A DNA stretch of 64,000 nt from a virus. Positions 45,419 through 54,691 of the stretch are shown piece by piece (position 1 is the first letter of the stretch; each line of letters starts with the position of its first letter). The notes under the pieces are model-generated. The model was not told the DNA's origin and made no database searches. It saw only the letters and a list, made by a program, of their open reading frames with translations. Made by a program: the position numbers and the translations under genes. Location: IMG/VR virus record IMGVR_UViG_2974521666_000001; one strand, 5' to 3'.

Positions 45419-46249
45419 ATGCCGACATGGGATGAAGCTGTACAGGATCCAGATATCGTTGCGTTGGATGCCATTTCGCCGCACCCAAACTTTATGGTCT
45501 ACGGGGCCTCTGGCTGTGGTAAGACGGTGCTGGGAGGCAGCGACGACAAGGTGCTGTTCCTCACGTGTGAGCCAGAGGGTTGCATCAGTGCAAAGCGCAT
45601 GGGCAGCAATGCAAGACAGGTGATCATCCATCATTGGGACCAGCTGGAAGAGTGGTACGACAAGCTATCCGAGTGGGCCGAGGACGGCACCGGCATCCCG
45701 TTCAACTGGATCGTGATCGATACCATTAGTGACGCACAGGGATTGTTGTTCGACAAGCTGCTGGATGAGAAGGGCCTGGACGTAGAGGACTGGCCCACCT
45801 ACCGCAAGAACCAGAAGATACTGCTACGCTACGTCAAGAAGATGAACCAGCTGCCGGTCAACCTGCTCTGGTTGGCATGGGACCGTAAGGAAACCGACGC
45901 CGACGGTGAGGACTTCTTCTGCCCTGAGATTCACGGCAAGGGCTACTCCATTGCAATGCAAGTGGCAGCACAGATGACCTCGTACGGTTACATGCAGGTT
46001 CGCACCGAGCGCAAGCAGGTGATGAAAGACGGTAAGGCAGTAGTCAATCCGAAGACTAAGAAGCCACGCACAACACTAGAGACACATCGCTATATATACT
46101 GGCAGGACATTCAAAGCTTGAGAGGCAAGGACCGAACGATGGCGCTGGCCCCGTTCACAAAGGACTTGACTCTCAGAGACATTCGCCTGAAGGTTGAAAA
46201 GGCCTTTGCCGGCGAAGCTGAGAAAACCGATGAGAAAGTAGGGAACTGA
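45419..46249 (+). CDS. AAA/RecA-like ATPase (Sak4-like)
   Basis: Walker A GASGCGKT and Walker B-like WIVIDTISD. Confidence 0.65.
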   Translation: MPTWDEAVQDPDIVALDAISPHPNFMVYGASGCGKTVLGGSDDKVLFLTCEPEGCISAKRMGSNARQVIIHHWDQLEEWYDKLSEWAEDGTGIPFNWIVIDTISDAQGLLFDKLLDEKGLDVEDWPTYRKNQKILLRYVKKMNQLPVNLLWLAWDRKETDADGEDFFCPEIHGKGYSIAMQVAAQMTSYGYMQVRTERKQVMKDGKAVVNPKTKKPRTTLETHRYIYWQDIQSLRGKDRTMALAPFTKDLTLRDIRLKVEKAFAGEAEKTDEKVGN

Positions 46250-46950
46250 TGCCCAAGGTGATGAAGCCGCCCACCGATTACGATGACTCGGCGACCAACA
46301 CAGGCGGTGATTGGTACGATGGCCCACCGCCAAAGCCGGGCCTGTACAAGGGCGTTGTGAAGAAGATGCTGCTGTCCAAGGTCACCCAAGGGGAGAAGAA
46401 GGGCGAGCAGCGAATCATGGTGATCTGTGAGATCTCTGAGGGCAAGTTCAAGGGAGCCGGTGTCTCCAAGTGGCTTCAGCTCACCCAGCAAGGCAGCCCG
46501 TGGGTCAACCAGTTCCTCCATGCCCTCACCGACGGCAGCGAAACCCAGAAGGCCGCAATCCGCAAGGCTTTCAAGGAGATTGGCTTTGCCGTCGACGATG
46601 CAGATGCCAAGAAGCGCTACCCGATTGTCCGTATCGGCAAGAAGACCAACCCGATTGGCCGCCCAATTAGCTTCGTGACGAAAATGCGTACGGACGACCA
46701 GGGAGTCGAACGGGCCGAAATCAGCCGCTTCGTCACGCCTCGTGCTGCGGATGACGATGAGGACGAGGACGATTCGGACGACATCTTGACGGCCGACGAC
46801 GACACCACAGAGGACGACGGCGACGAGGGCAACGCCGACGACACGTTCGGTGACATGGACTCGGACGACGATGCAACCGATGGCGATTCGGAAGACGAAG
46901 AGTTGCCGGCTGATGACTCAGACGACGAGGGTGAGCCCTGGGAAGTCTGA
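46249..46950 (+). CDS. ssDNA-binding-like protein with acidic C-terminal tail
   Basis: Lies between the ATPase and polymerase genes. The C-terminal ~70 aa are D/E-rich and end in an aromatic-containing EPWEV, as in gp2.5-type SSBs. No OB-fold check was possible. Confidence 0.45.
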   Translation: MPKVMKPPTDYDDSATNTGGDWYDGPPPKPGLYKGVVKKMLLSKVTQGEKKGEQRIMVICEISEGKFKGAGVSKWLQLTQQGSPWVNQFLHALTDGSETQKAAIRKAFKEIGFAVDDADAKKRYPIVRIGKKTNPIGRPISFVTKMRTDDQGVERAEISRFVTPRAADDDEDEDDSDDILTADDDTTEDDGDEGNADDTFGDMDSDDDATDGDSEDEELPADDSDDEGEPWEV

Positions 46951-47042
46951 TCCCATGCGGCGCTAGGGGAGTCGGGGCGGTAACTGACTCGTGGTAACTC
47001 GGCTCCCCTAGTGCCCCAATCCAATTGAACAAGGAATACAAC

Positions 47043-47978
47043 GTGATTTGGGTTAGCCTGCATACACATTCGACCTTTTCGTACGGGGACGGGTACGGGC
47101 CGGTGGGCGTTCACGTTGACAGAGTTGCAGACCTTGGCATGACCGCGTTGGCGCTCACAGAGCACGGTAACTGCTCCAGCTGGGTCCAGCTCGAAAAGCA
47201 TTGTAAGCGTAGGGAAATCAAGCCAATCTTTGGCCTGGAGGCCTACGTTGCCTCAGAGAACCAGCCACGCAAGTTCCACATGATCCTTCTCGCGAAAGAC
47301 GATGAGGGACTACACAATCTGAACTGCATCATTACTGAGAGCTGGAAGACACTCGGGACTACTAGCAAATCTAAGTTTCCCACCGTTCACGCACCAGTAC
47401 TGAGGAAGTACAATCGTGGCATCATTGCTCTGTCGGGCTGCGCGGACGGCCCCATCTCTTGCATCCTGTTGGGTGGAAAGTCATTGGGTGACAAACGATT
47501 GGAACCCAGAGACGGGGACATTCAACGAGCCAGGCGTGCAATTGAAAGGTTCCAGGCGATATTTGGCGACAGGTATTACCTTGAGACCCAGCGATTTTCT
47601 GGTCTCGCTCGCACTCGTGCTCTCAACCCGTGTTTCGAGGAACTTAGCAACACAACGGGAGCACGAATGGCTGCTACTGCTGACGTGCATTATCCCTACC
47701 CGAATGACAATGAGATGCAGCGCATCTTGCACGCGGCTCACCGTCAGAGCACTGTTGAAGTTACTGACGCTAACTGGGAGTACGACATACTGCTCACGTA
47801 CCCTGAAACCGATAGAGAGGTATACAGAGACCTTGTGGGCACGGGACTCAGCACTGCGGGAGCCAAGGCCGCTGTTGAGGCCACGGCGCACATTGCAGAC
47901 CAATGCAATGTAGAGCTGCCCAAAGCGCCGCCACCGAAATATGTACCGGGGGAAAGAGATTGGGAGCCATGGACGTAG
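47043..47978 (+). CDS. dnaE: DNA polymerase III alpha, N-terminal PHP-domain fragment
   Basis: VIWVSLHTHSTFSYGDG and ALTEHGN are PHP motifs. The ORF ends where the PHP domain normally joins the palm domain. Confidence 0.75.
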   Translation: MIWVSLHTHSTFSYGDGYGPVGVHVDRVADLGMTALALTEHGNCSSWVQLEKHCKRREIKPIFGLEAYVASENQPRKFHMILLAKDDEGLHNLNCIITESWKTLGTTSKSKFPTVHAPVLRKYNRGIIALSGCADGPISCILLGGKSLGDKRLEPRDGDIQRARRAIERFQAIFGDRYYLETQRFSGLARTRALNPCFEELSNTTGARMAATADVHYPYPNDNEMQRILHAAHRQSTVEVTDANWEYDILLTYPETDREVYRDLVGTGLSTAGAKAAVEATAHIADQCNVELPKAPPPKYVPGERDWEPWT

Positions 47979-48355
47979 AGCGTGTGGACGCACACGAGGA
48001 GCTAGTTGAGAAAGTTAAACGGCTCCTAAGGCGTAGGGGCTGGGACATCCTAGTCATTGCGAGACTAGGCGGTTGGGTGGAGGCAGTGGACTTCTTTGCC
48101 TTCAAGCCAGATCGGGGCGTGGCAGGCATCATCTGCCACGTCAAAGAGGGGCAGGACTACTGTCTGCGGGCCGCACAGGCTGAACGCTGTGTAGACTGGG
48201 ACAGCCCGGCATACGTGGTCTATAGCAACGGGGCCACGATACCGGCCAAAGACCTAGCAGCACATGGGCGCAAAGAGCAGTACGCAGGCCACCACCCGTT
48301 CTACAGGTACATCAGGACCAATAGGGTGTACACGTTCAACGAGGTGTTCCGGTGA
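47969..48355 (+). CDS. small nuclease-like protein inserted between the dnaE halves
   Basis: ATG 47969 overlaps the upstream end by 10 nt, and its stop overlaps the downstream GTG (GTGA). The pattern E..D(FFAF)..HVK is compatible with a PD-(D/E)XK fold. This is a weak call. Confidence 0.35.
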   Translation: MDVERVDAHEELVEKVKRLLRRRGWDILVIARLGGWVEAVDFFAFKPDRGVAGIICHVKEGQDYCLRAAQAERCVDWDSPAYVVYSNGATIPAKDLAAHGRKEQYAGHHPFYRYIRTNRVYTFNEVFR

Positions 48356-50664
48356 CGAAACCTGTACTGTCAGAGCAGGAGACTGAGAAACTCTTCAAGT
48401 TCTGGCTTGCCGAGGGGTTCAAGTTCCGTAGGCGCACTAGCAAAGAGATGCAGGCCGAACCTAAGAAGTACCAAGAGCGCCTGCGCATGGAATTCGGCGT
48501 AATCCGTAGCGTACCAGGGTATATCGACTACTTTCTCATGGTGAGCGACTTGGTGCGTTGGGCCAAAGACAATGGCATTCTAGTGGGTCCAGGCCGTGGT
48601 AGTGCAGCCGGCAGTCTGTGTTGCTGGCTTTTGCGTATCACCGAGATTGACCCACTGCTGTACCCCATGCTCTTTGAGCGGTTCCTGGACCCTACGCGTA
48701 CAGACCCTCCAGATATCGATATCGACTTTGAGGACGAGAGGCGTTGGGAGGTTATTCAATACGCCCAGGAAAAGTACGGATACGATAGGGTTGCTAACAT
48801 TCTGACGTTCACCCGGTACAAGGGCAAGAACAGCCTGGATGACGTAGCGCGCGTATACGAAATCCCAGAGTGGAAGATTGAGAACATCAAGGGTAAGCTG
48901 GTGGAGCGGCAAGACGGCCACCCACGGTTCTCCATGACACTGCTTGACACCTTCGATAGCTACGACGACGTTGCCGAAACAGTTAGGCGTACACCTGAAT
49001 TGCAGTACGCGCCACGGCTGGAGGGCATCAACGGGCAGTCCAACTACCGTACGGCCGGTATCCACCCCGCTGGCATTGTGATCAGTGGCGTACCGTTGAC
49101 TCAGATTACAGCCACCTACGAAAAGCAGAGTGGTGCCCAGCGCGGAAGCGGCGTTGCGTACGACAAGAAAGACAGTGAGTACCTAGGTCTTCTGAAGGTT
49201 GACTTCCTTAGCCTAACTACGCTTACCGGCATCCGAGCGACACTAGAACACCTACAGTGGGTGCGTGACCGAATCGGCATGACTATCGAGGAGTTCTACC
49301 AGATACCACTAGATGACCCTAAGGTTTTCGAGGCGTTTCGCGCTGGTGACGTATTGGGCATATTCCAGTTTGAGGGTGTGGCAACACGGCGCGTGCTCAA
49401 AGGCGTACAGCCAGATAAGTTTATGGACCTGGTAGACGTAAACGCACTGAGCCGCCCTGGTGGCGACGATACGGCGTACATCAAGGCCAAGAGCACAGGC
49501 CAGCTGCCAGAGCCGGTCCACCCCACAGTTGATGACCACATCCAATGGACCTGGGGCACTATCGTTTACCAGGAACAGATTCTTCTAATCCTTAGGGACT
49601 TTGGAGGATTCGCGCCGGCTGAGGTCAACCGCATTAGGAAGATCATCTCGGCCAAGGAAGACTCAAGTGTCTTCAACGAGTTCCTCGAAAGGTTCGTGGA
49701 AGGTGCTGCGTCTCACGGCGTTTCACGCGAGAAGGCCGTGGGTGTGTGGCAGAAGATGGTCAACGCTACAGGGTACGCGTTCAACATCAGTCACGCTGTG
49801 TGTTATAGCGATACGGCCTACCGTCAGATGTGGCTTAAGGTGTACTACCCTGAGTTCTACCTAGGGCAGCTACTCAAGTGTCCCGACACAGCAGAAGGCT
49901 TGGAGCGCCGTAGGAAGTTGATCGTGGAGGCCGAACGCAAGGGTATTAAGGTCAATAGCCTGGATCTGCATGAGTCACAGGCAGGCTGGAGCTTGCGCGG
50001 CGGCAGCCTGTACGCTGGCTTTACAGCCGTGAAGGGCATTGGCCTCAAGACCGCTGAGAAGATTGTCCAGTGGCGTGATGAACACAAAACAGAGGCTCTT
50101 GAGTGGTCTAGCCTTACAGCCGTTTCTGGCATTGGTGACGGCAGAGTAAAAGTGATGCGCCAGTTCGCAGAAGACGATGACCCGTTTGGCGTGCTGGCCA
50201 CCAAACGCCTACTTGATAGCATACGTAGGGAATTTGAGGCAGGCAAATTTCCTGGTGTTCCAGAGCCGACGCACGTCAGCATCGACATTGTGGAAGAAGA
50301 TGAGTACGTAGTCTTTATGGGCGTGCTGCGCAAGAAGACCTACAAAGACACTGTGCAGCAGCGTCTTAAGTACGGGGGAGACGGCCTCACCCGAGAGAAA
50401 ATCCTAGAGGAGCTAGATGAACCGCACCTACTGAAGTACGCAACCCTGGACGTTGACGACGAGTACGACGAGCCAATACGCTTGCGGGTGAGCCGGAAGA
50501 AGTACCCACAGTACGCCGGTCTGATTGCCAACGCCCGCGCTGGTGTGGACGTAATCCTGGTGACAGGCTACGTGACTCACTTTGGAGGCTTGGCCATTCA
50601 GGTCAAGGAACTAATCGTAATCAATCCGGAAGAGGATGAAACACAGGATGACTTATCGTTCTGA
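48352..50664 (+). CDS. dnaE: DNA polymerase III alpha, palm-thumb-fingers-OB fragment
   Basis: YFLMVSDLVRWAKDNGILVGPGRGSAAGS and FERFLDPTRTDPPDIDIDFE are DnaE palm motifs. HhH-like GIGLKTAEKI. Confidence 0.85.
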   Translation: MTKPVLSEQETEKLFKFWLAEGFKFRRRTSKEMQAEPKKYQERLRMEFGVIRSVPGYIDYFLMVSDLVRWAKDNGILVGPGRGSAAGSLCCWLLRITEIDPLLYPMLFERFLDPTRTDPPDIDIDFEDERRWEVIQYAQEKYGYDRVANILTFTRYKGKNSLDDVARVYEIPEWKIENIKGKLVERQDGHPRFSMTLLDTFDSYDDVAETVRRTPELQYAPRLEGINGQSNYRTAGIHPAGIVISGVPLTQITATYEKQSGAQRGSGVAYDKKDSEYLGLLKVDFLSLTTLTGIRATLEHLQWVRDRIGMTIEEFYQIPLDDPKVFEAFRAGDVLGIFQFEGVATRRVLKGVQPDKFMDLVDVNALSRPGGDDTAYIKAKSTGQLPEPVHPTVDDHIQWTWGTIVYQEQILLILRDFGGFAPAEVNRIRKIISAKEDSSVFNEFLERFVEGAASHGVSREKAVGVWQKMVNATGYAFNISHAVCYSDTAYRQMWLKVYYPEFYLGQLLKCPDTAEGLERRRKLIVEAERKGIKVNSLDLHESQAGWSLRGGSLYAGFTAVKGIGLKTAEKIVQWRDEHKTEALEWSSLTAVSGIGDGRVKVMRQFAEDDDPFGVLATKRLLDSIRREFEAGKFPGVPEPTHVSIDIVEEDEYVVFMGVLRKKTYKDTVQQRLKYGGDGLTREKILEELDEPHLLKYATLDVDDEYDEPIRLRVSRKKYPQYAGLIANARAGVDVILVTGYVTHFGGLAIQVKELIVINPEEDETQDDLSF

Positions 50665-51163
50665 AGTAGTAGACAAGGCATTTCAGAAGGCCCTTGAGAC
50701 ACTACGCGGCTGGGAGAACGTTCACAGCGCCGTTGTGGACTTTGGCCTGGGGGACAGTGCCTCTCGAGAGCTGCCCCACGACAAGGTAGTGACAGATAAC
50801 GTACCGCTTGACGACGGGGCAAACGCTATCGGCAGCTACGTTGTTGGCACGGCACCGGTCCATGAGATCGTTCACCCCTTTGACGACCGGATACAGGGTG
50901 CTCGTATCTACAAGAGCGAAGGGAAGCATAGGGTCCTATTGGATCTGGACTGCCCACACGTGTACGTTCCCAGCAGCACACCGGGCCACGGGCACTTGAT
51001 CATTGATGTGCCACAGGACTGGAACACCTACAAGCGCTTGCTGCAGCTGTTGGGAGACATGGGGATTCTTCAGTACGGCTACGTGGACGCCAGCTTCAAG
51101 CGGGAGGAAACGTGGCTCCGAGCACCTGGAGTGCCCAAGAGCCAAGGAGGTATGGGCCTGTGA
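50648..51163 (+). CDS. hypothetical protein (171 aa)
   Basis: ATG 50648 or 50636, both in frame. Overlaps the dnaE end. Confidence 0.5.
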   Translation: MTYRSEVVDKAFQKALETLRGWENVHSAVVDFGLGDSASRELPHDKVVTDNVPLDDGANAIGSYVVGTAPVHEIVHPFDDRIQGARIYKSEGKHRVLLDLDCPHVYVPSSTPGHGHLIIDVPQDWNTYKRLLQLLGDMGILQYGYVDASFKREETWLRAPGVPKSQGGMGL

Positions 51164-52164
51164 ACGACGCAGACACACTCATCAGCACGACCTTGACACA
51201 CGTCATGAACCAAGGCATGTACATTGCAACCGAGAAGGATTCGTCTTGGGAGCTATGCGACTACCAAACAATTCCCATGACAGACATCAGGTCTCGTATC
51301 TTCACCAACCCTAACAGGCCATTGAACATCGTGACGGCCGTAGCTCGCTTCACCTGGTTGATGGCGGGCAACAATCGTGTTGAGGACATAGCGTTTTACG
51401 AGCCGAAAGTCCGCAACTTCAGTGACGACAAGCTCACCGTTCCTGGAAGTGATTACGGCCTTAGGATCTTCCAGCCACGACCGGGCCTGAACCAGATCGA
51501 GGGAGTCGTTGAGCGGCTACGCCATTCACCGTACTCCAGACAGGCAGCTGCGGTTGTGTGGCAACCGGAAGACGCTGTGCGCCAAAGTGGGGATATCCCT
51601 TGCACATTCGGTATGTTCTTCAGGCTCAGGCCCTGCCCTGACGGGGAGCACGCCTACGCGTTGCACATGACCACAGTCATGAGGTCCAATAACGCTTTCC
51701 GTATCCTGCCTTTCAACGTGTTTGAGTTCACGATGCTGCACGAGCTGGTGGCTGCTGAACTTGGTGTGGGCCTAGGGAGCTACAAGGTGTGGGCTGCCTC
51801 GATGCACGCGTACGACAACCCACGCGAAACGCCTGCCACGAGGGCTATTGCGGATGGTGAAGTGTTCAAGAGCATTAGGATGGACCCTATGCCTCAGCGA
51901 GATGGTTCACCCCTTGGCACAGACCCGTTGGTGTGCGCACGGCACTTGGCCATACTGGAGGCTAGCCTACGGCACGCCTGTGACGAAGACGAATACGGCA
52001 GTATCGTTTTGGAGGCCTTCAATGTGCTGCCCAATTACTGGCTTGACCTGTTTGGCGTGCTTGCAGCCTGGGGTGCGGCCAAGCGTAACTGGGGACCACA
52101 GTACAGCATGATTAGCAACAGCGAACTACGGGACCTAACGGCAGCTGTCTGCCAGAAAGTGTAA
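51160..52164 (+). CDS. ThyA-family enzyme (divergent thymidylate synthase or dUMP-modifying homologue)
   Basis: GTGA start. DIPCTFGMFF aligns with ThyA PCH, MRSNNAFRILPFNV with RSxDxxLGLPFN, and SMHAYDN with DTHLY. Confidence 0.65.
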   Translation: MNDADTLISTTLTHVMNQGMYIATEKDSSWELCDYQTIPMTDIRSRIFTNPNRPLNIVTAVARFTWLMAGNNRVEDIAFYEPKVRNFSDDKLTVPGSDYGLRIFQPRPGLNQIEGVVERLRHSPYSRQAAAVVWQPEDAVRQSGDIPCTFGMFFRLRPCPDGEHAYALHMTTVMRSNNAFRILPFNVFEFTMLHELVAAELGVGLGSYKVWAASMHAYDNPRETPATRAIADGEVFKSIRMDPMPQRDGSPLGTDPLVCARHLAILEASLRHACDEDEYGSIVLEAFNVLPNYWLDLFGVLAAWGAAKRNWGPQYSMISNSELRDLTAAVCQKV

Positions 52165-52168
52165 AGCC

Positions 52169-52747
52169 ATGGGACGCAAGACCAAAAAGCAAAAGCAGAG
52201 GGCGAAAGCCAAAGCAACGCAGGCACAAACGCCGGCTGCTAAGCCAAAGGCGAAATCGCAAATGCCTAGCGGCGCTAAGAAACCGTTACGGGTGGTGAAC
52301 GGGCCGTCGACGCCCCAGGAAGATGCTGCGGCCAAACTGCAGAAGTTGGCAGAGACTTTGCGTAGTGCCGGTACAACTTTGGGTGACCCACGGCGAAGGC
52401 CTAGTCAGATGCCTCAACAACAACTGAGGCCAGAAGTGGGGAAGTTCAAGAAGGCCAAGCCTTCTGAGTACCAGCAGGAGCAAGCTGTGTTGCGACTGCA
52501 GGCCCTGCAGAACTTCCTGCACGCCAAGCCCAAGCCTATCCTGAATCAGCTTGAAGAGCTAGGTGTTCGGATTGTGCCCTTTCAGGCATCGTTCGGGCCG
52601 GACGGTATTGAGCAGGCCATGCTGATCCCAATGCGAGATATTGCGCGTGCGGATGCCGAAATCGCTAGCAGAGGTACGCTTTACGATCAACTGTACAGAG
52701 GGGAGGACCCAAGCAAGATCACACTGCCAGAACCCAAGAAACCCTAA
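52169..52747 (+). CDS. hypothetical protein with Lys/Ala-rich basic N-terminus (192 aa)
   Basis: ATG ORF starting MGRKTKKQKQRAKAKATQAQTPAAKPKAK. Confidence 0.55.
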   Translation: MGRKTKKQKQRAKAKATQAQTPAAKPKAKSQMPSGAKKPLRVVNGPSTPQEDAAAKLQKLAETLRSAGTTLGDPRRRPSQMPQQQLRPEVGKFKKAKPSEYQQEQAVLRLQALQNFLHAKPKPILNQLEELGVRIVPFQASFGPDGIEQAMLIPMRDIARADAEIASRGTLYDQLYRGEDPSKITLPEPKKP

Positions 52748-52776
52748 GCAACACAGAAAAGGTTGGTGAAAACCAG

Positions 52777-53739
52777 ATGTGGGCAACTCTTTGGTTGGCC
52801 TTCGTCCTGCTCGTGACGATTGGCTTTGCCGTATGGTTCCTGTTCTTCCCGATCACCAAAGAACGGGAAGTGTCCTACGGACGCTATGAGAAACGTACGT
52901 TCCGTAACCCAGCAGCTCTGATTGGCCTTGGCACCTCAGCTTTGGTGTTCCTGATCAGTTTGGTGTTGGCTTGCACCACGATTGTGGGCACGCGACAGGT
53001 TGGCATTGTGACACAGTGGAATCGGCCGACAGGCGAAACCCTTAGCAACGGATTGCATTTCATTCTGCCGTGGACCTCAGTGCATGAGATGGACGCCGCC
53101 ATTCAGAACGACGTGTACAACGGCGACCACAGAATCCAAGTGCGCCTAGGGAACAACAGCACTGCCATGGCAGACGTGAATGTGCGCTGGGAAATCAAGC
53201 CGGATCAGGCCGACGAGCTGTTCCAGCAGTACAAGACGTTCGACAACGTGCGGTCCAATCTTGTAGAGCGCAATCTGCGTACTGTGCTCAACGAGGCGTT
53301 CATGGCGTTCGACCCTCTGGCTGGTGATCCCAAGCCACCTGTTGGGCCGGACGGCAAGCCCACGGGGCCTGCTCCAAAGCCAGTGACACTCAGCTCGGTG
53401 ACGGCAGATGCTCTTGCACAGTTGCAAGCCAAGAGTGATCAGGTCACCATCCTGGACCTGAGCGTGCCGGTGATCGACTACGACGACAACACAGAGCAGA
53501 AGATCAACGCCATCAACGCTGCTCGTGCCGACACCACCAGGGCCGAGCAAGAGGCCAAGACGGCAGAGCAGAAACGTCTTGCGGCAGAGGAATTGGCCAA
53601 ACAGCCAATCCCAGACCTACGCATTGCCATTGCCGCGTGTGTCAACAAGATGGCTGAGACAGGCCAGACGCTCAACTGTTTCCCGTTGGGTAACAACGTT
53701 GTACCAACACTGCAGGTTCCAAACCCGGCTGCTCCGTAA
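52777..53739 (+). CDS. SPFH/band-7 domain membrane protein
   Basis: Two N-terminal TM segments, then VGIVTQWNRPTGETLSNGLHFILPWTSVHEMD, which is typical of prohibitin/HflC-like domains. Confidence 0.65.
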   Translation: MWATLWLAFVLLVTIGFAVWFLFFPITKEREVSYGRYEKRTFRNPAALIGLGTSALVFLISLVLACTTIVGTRQVGIVTQWNRPTGETLSNGLHFILPWTSVHEMDAAIQNDVYNGDHRIQVRLGNNSTAMADVNVRWEIKPDQADELFQQYKTFDNVRSNLVERNLRTVLNEAFMAFDPLAGDPKPPVGPDGKPTGPAPKPVTLSSVTADALAQLQAKSDQVTILDLSVPVIDYDDNTEQKINAINAARADTTRAEQEAKTAEQKRLAAEELAKQPIPDLRIAIAACVNKMAETGQTLNCFPLGNNVVPTLQVPNPAAP

Positions 53740-53746
53740 GCCGGTG

Positions 53747-53786
53747 GGGTGAGCGGCACACACCAAGGTTCGAGTCCTTGGCACCC
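53747..53786 (+). ncRNA. tRNA-like minihelix TLM-15 (orphan copy)
   Basis: GGGTG-AGCGGCACACA-CCAAGG-TTCGAGT-CCTTGG-CACCC. 40 nt, 7-nt gap after stop 53739. Confidence 0.7.
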
Positions 53787-53820
53787 ACGGTTCAACAACC
53801 AAGTAACCCTAGGAGATACA

Positions 53821-54282
53821 GTGGCAAATCAGGGGATGTTTCCCACTCCGCACGTCTACGTTGCTTCGAGCTGGCGAAACCAATTCCAACCCAATGTCGT
53901 TCAGGCCCTAAGGGCTGCCGGCTACGCTGTGTACGACTTCAAGAACCCCAACGGTGAGAAGGGGTTTGCGTGGTCGGACATTGTAGACGACAACCACGAC
54001 AGTGTGTCCACAACTGAGTACCTGGACATCATCGCTCACCCCTTGGCAGACAAGGGCTTCCAGCGAGACATGAACGCTCTGTTCGCCTCTGACATTGTGG
54101 TGCTGGTGCTGCCGTGCGAACGTGACGCTCACCTGGAGTTGGGGTGGGCCGTCGGCGCGGGCAAGCAGACACACATTTTGCTTGACAACCCTTGTAAGGC
54201 TAGCCTGATGTACAAGATGGTGGACTTCATCCACCCGACGCTGGAGGACCTGCTTGTCACCCTAGGGGATGCTGATGCCTGA
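53821..54282 (+). CDS. nucleoside 2-deoxyribosyltransferase-like protein
   Basis: GTG after an AGGAG RBS. YVASSWRN..VVLVLPCERDAHLELGWAVGAGK resembles the NDT-like family seen in actinophages. Confidence 0.5.
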   Translation: MANQGMFPTPHVYVASSWRNQFQPNVVQALRAAGYAVYDFKNPNGEKGFAWSDIVDDNHDSVSTTEYLDIIAHPLADKGFQRDMNALFASDIVVLVLPCERDAHLELGWAVGAGKQTHILLDNPCKASLMYKMVDFIHPTLEDLLVTLGDADA

Positions 54283-54691
54283 GCAGGAGAAGACCGCCGA
54301 ACAGCTGGAGGCTGAGGCCGCTGAGATGCTGGCCAAGGTGGCGGCGCTGAAGGCAAAGAAGAGGGCCAAGACAGGTAAAGCCCCTGTGCGAGAGGGCGAT
54401 ACGCTACGCCGCATCCAGCAGGACCAGACGGTCAAAAGCGCTACTCTGGCTAAGAGTTTCGGTGGCTACGGTGGCCGCACACTAATCAACAAGATCGAAG
54501 AGCAGATGGACCAGCGCCGAAAAGTTATGGAGTCCATCGTGGTCAAAACCGGCGAAACTAGTAGCAACGCTAACTGGTTGAAAAACAAGCACCGTCGGGA
54601 AGGCATGGCAGCAGCGCTGGCAATCCTTCGCAGTTCCAGTGTGGCGCATGAACTTCAGCGCAGCGACGAAAGGTTGGGCATCGATGGCTAA
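54269..54691 (+). CDS. hypothetical protein (140 aa)
   Basis: ATG 54269 or 54275. Overlaps the upstream end. Confidence 0.5.
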   Translation: MLMPEQEKTAEQLEAEAAEMLAKVAALKAKKRAKTGKAPVREGDTLRRIQQDQTVKSATLAKSFGGYGGRTLINKIEEQMDQRRKVMESIVVKTGETSSNANWLKNKHRREGMAAALAILRSSSVAHELQRSDERLGIDG

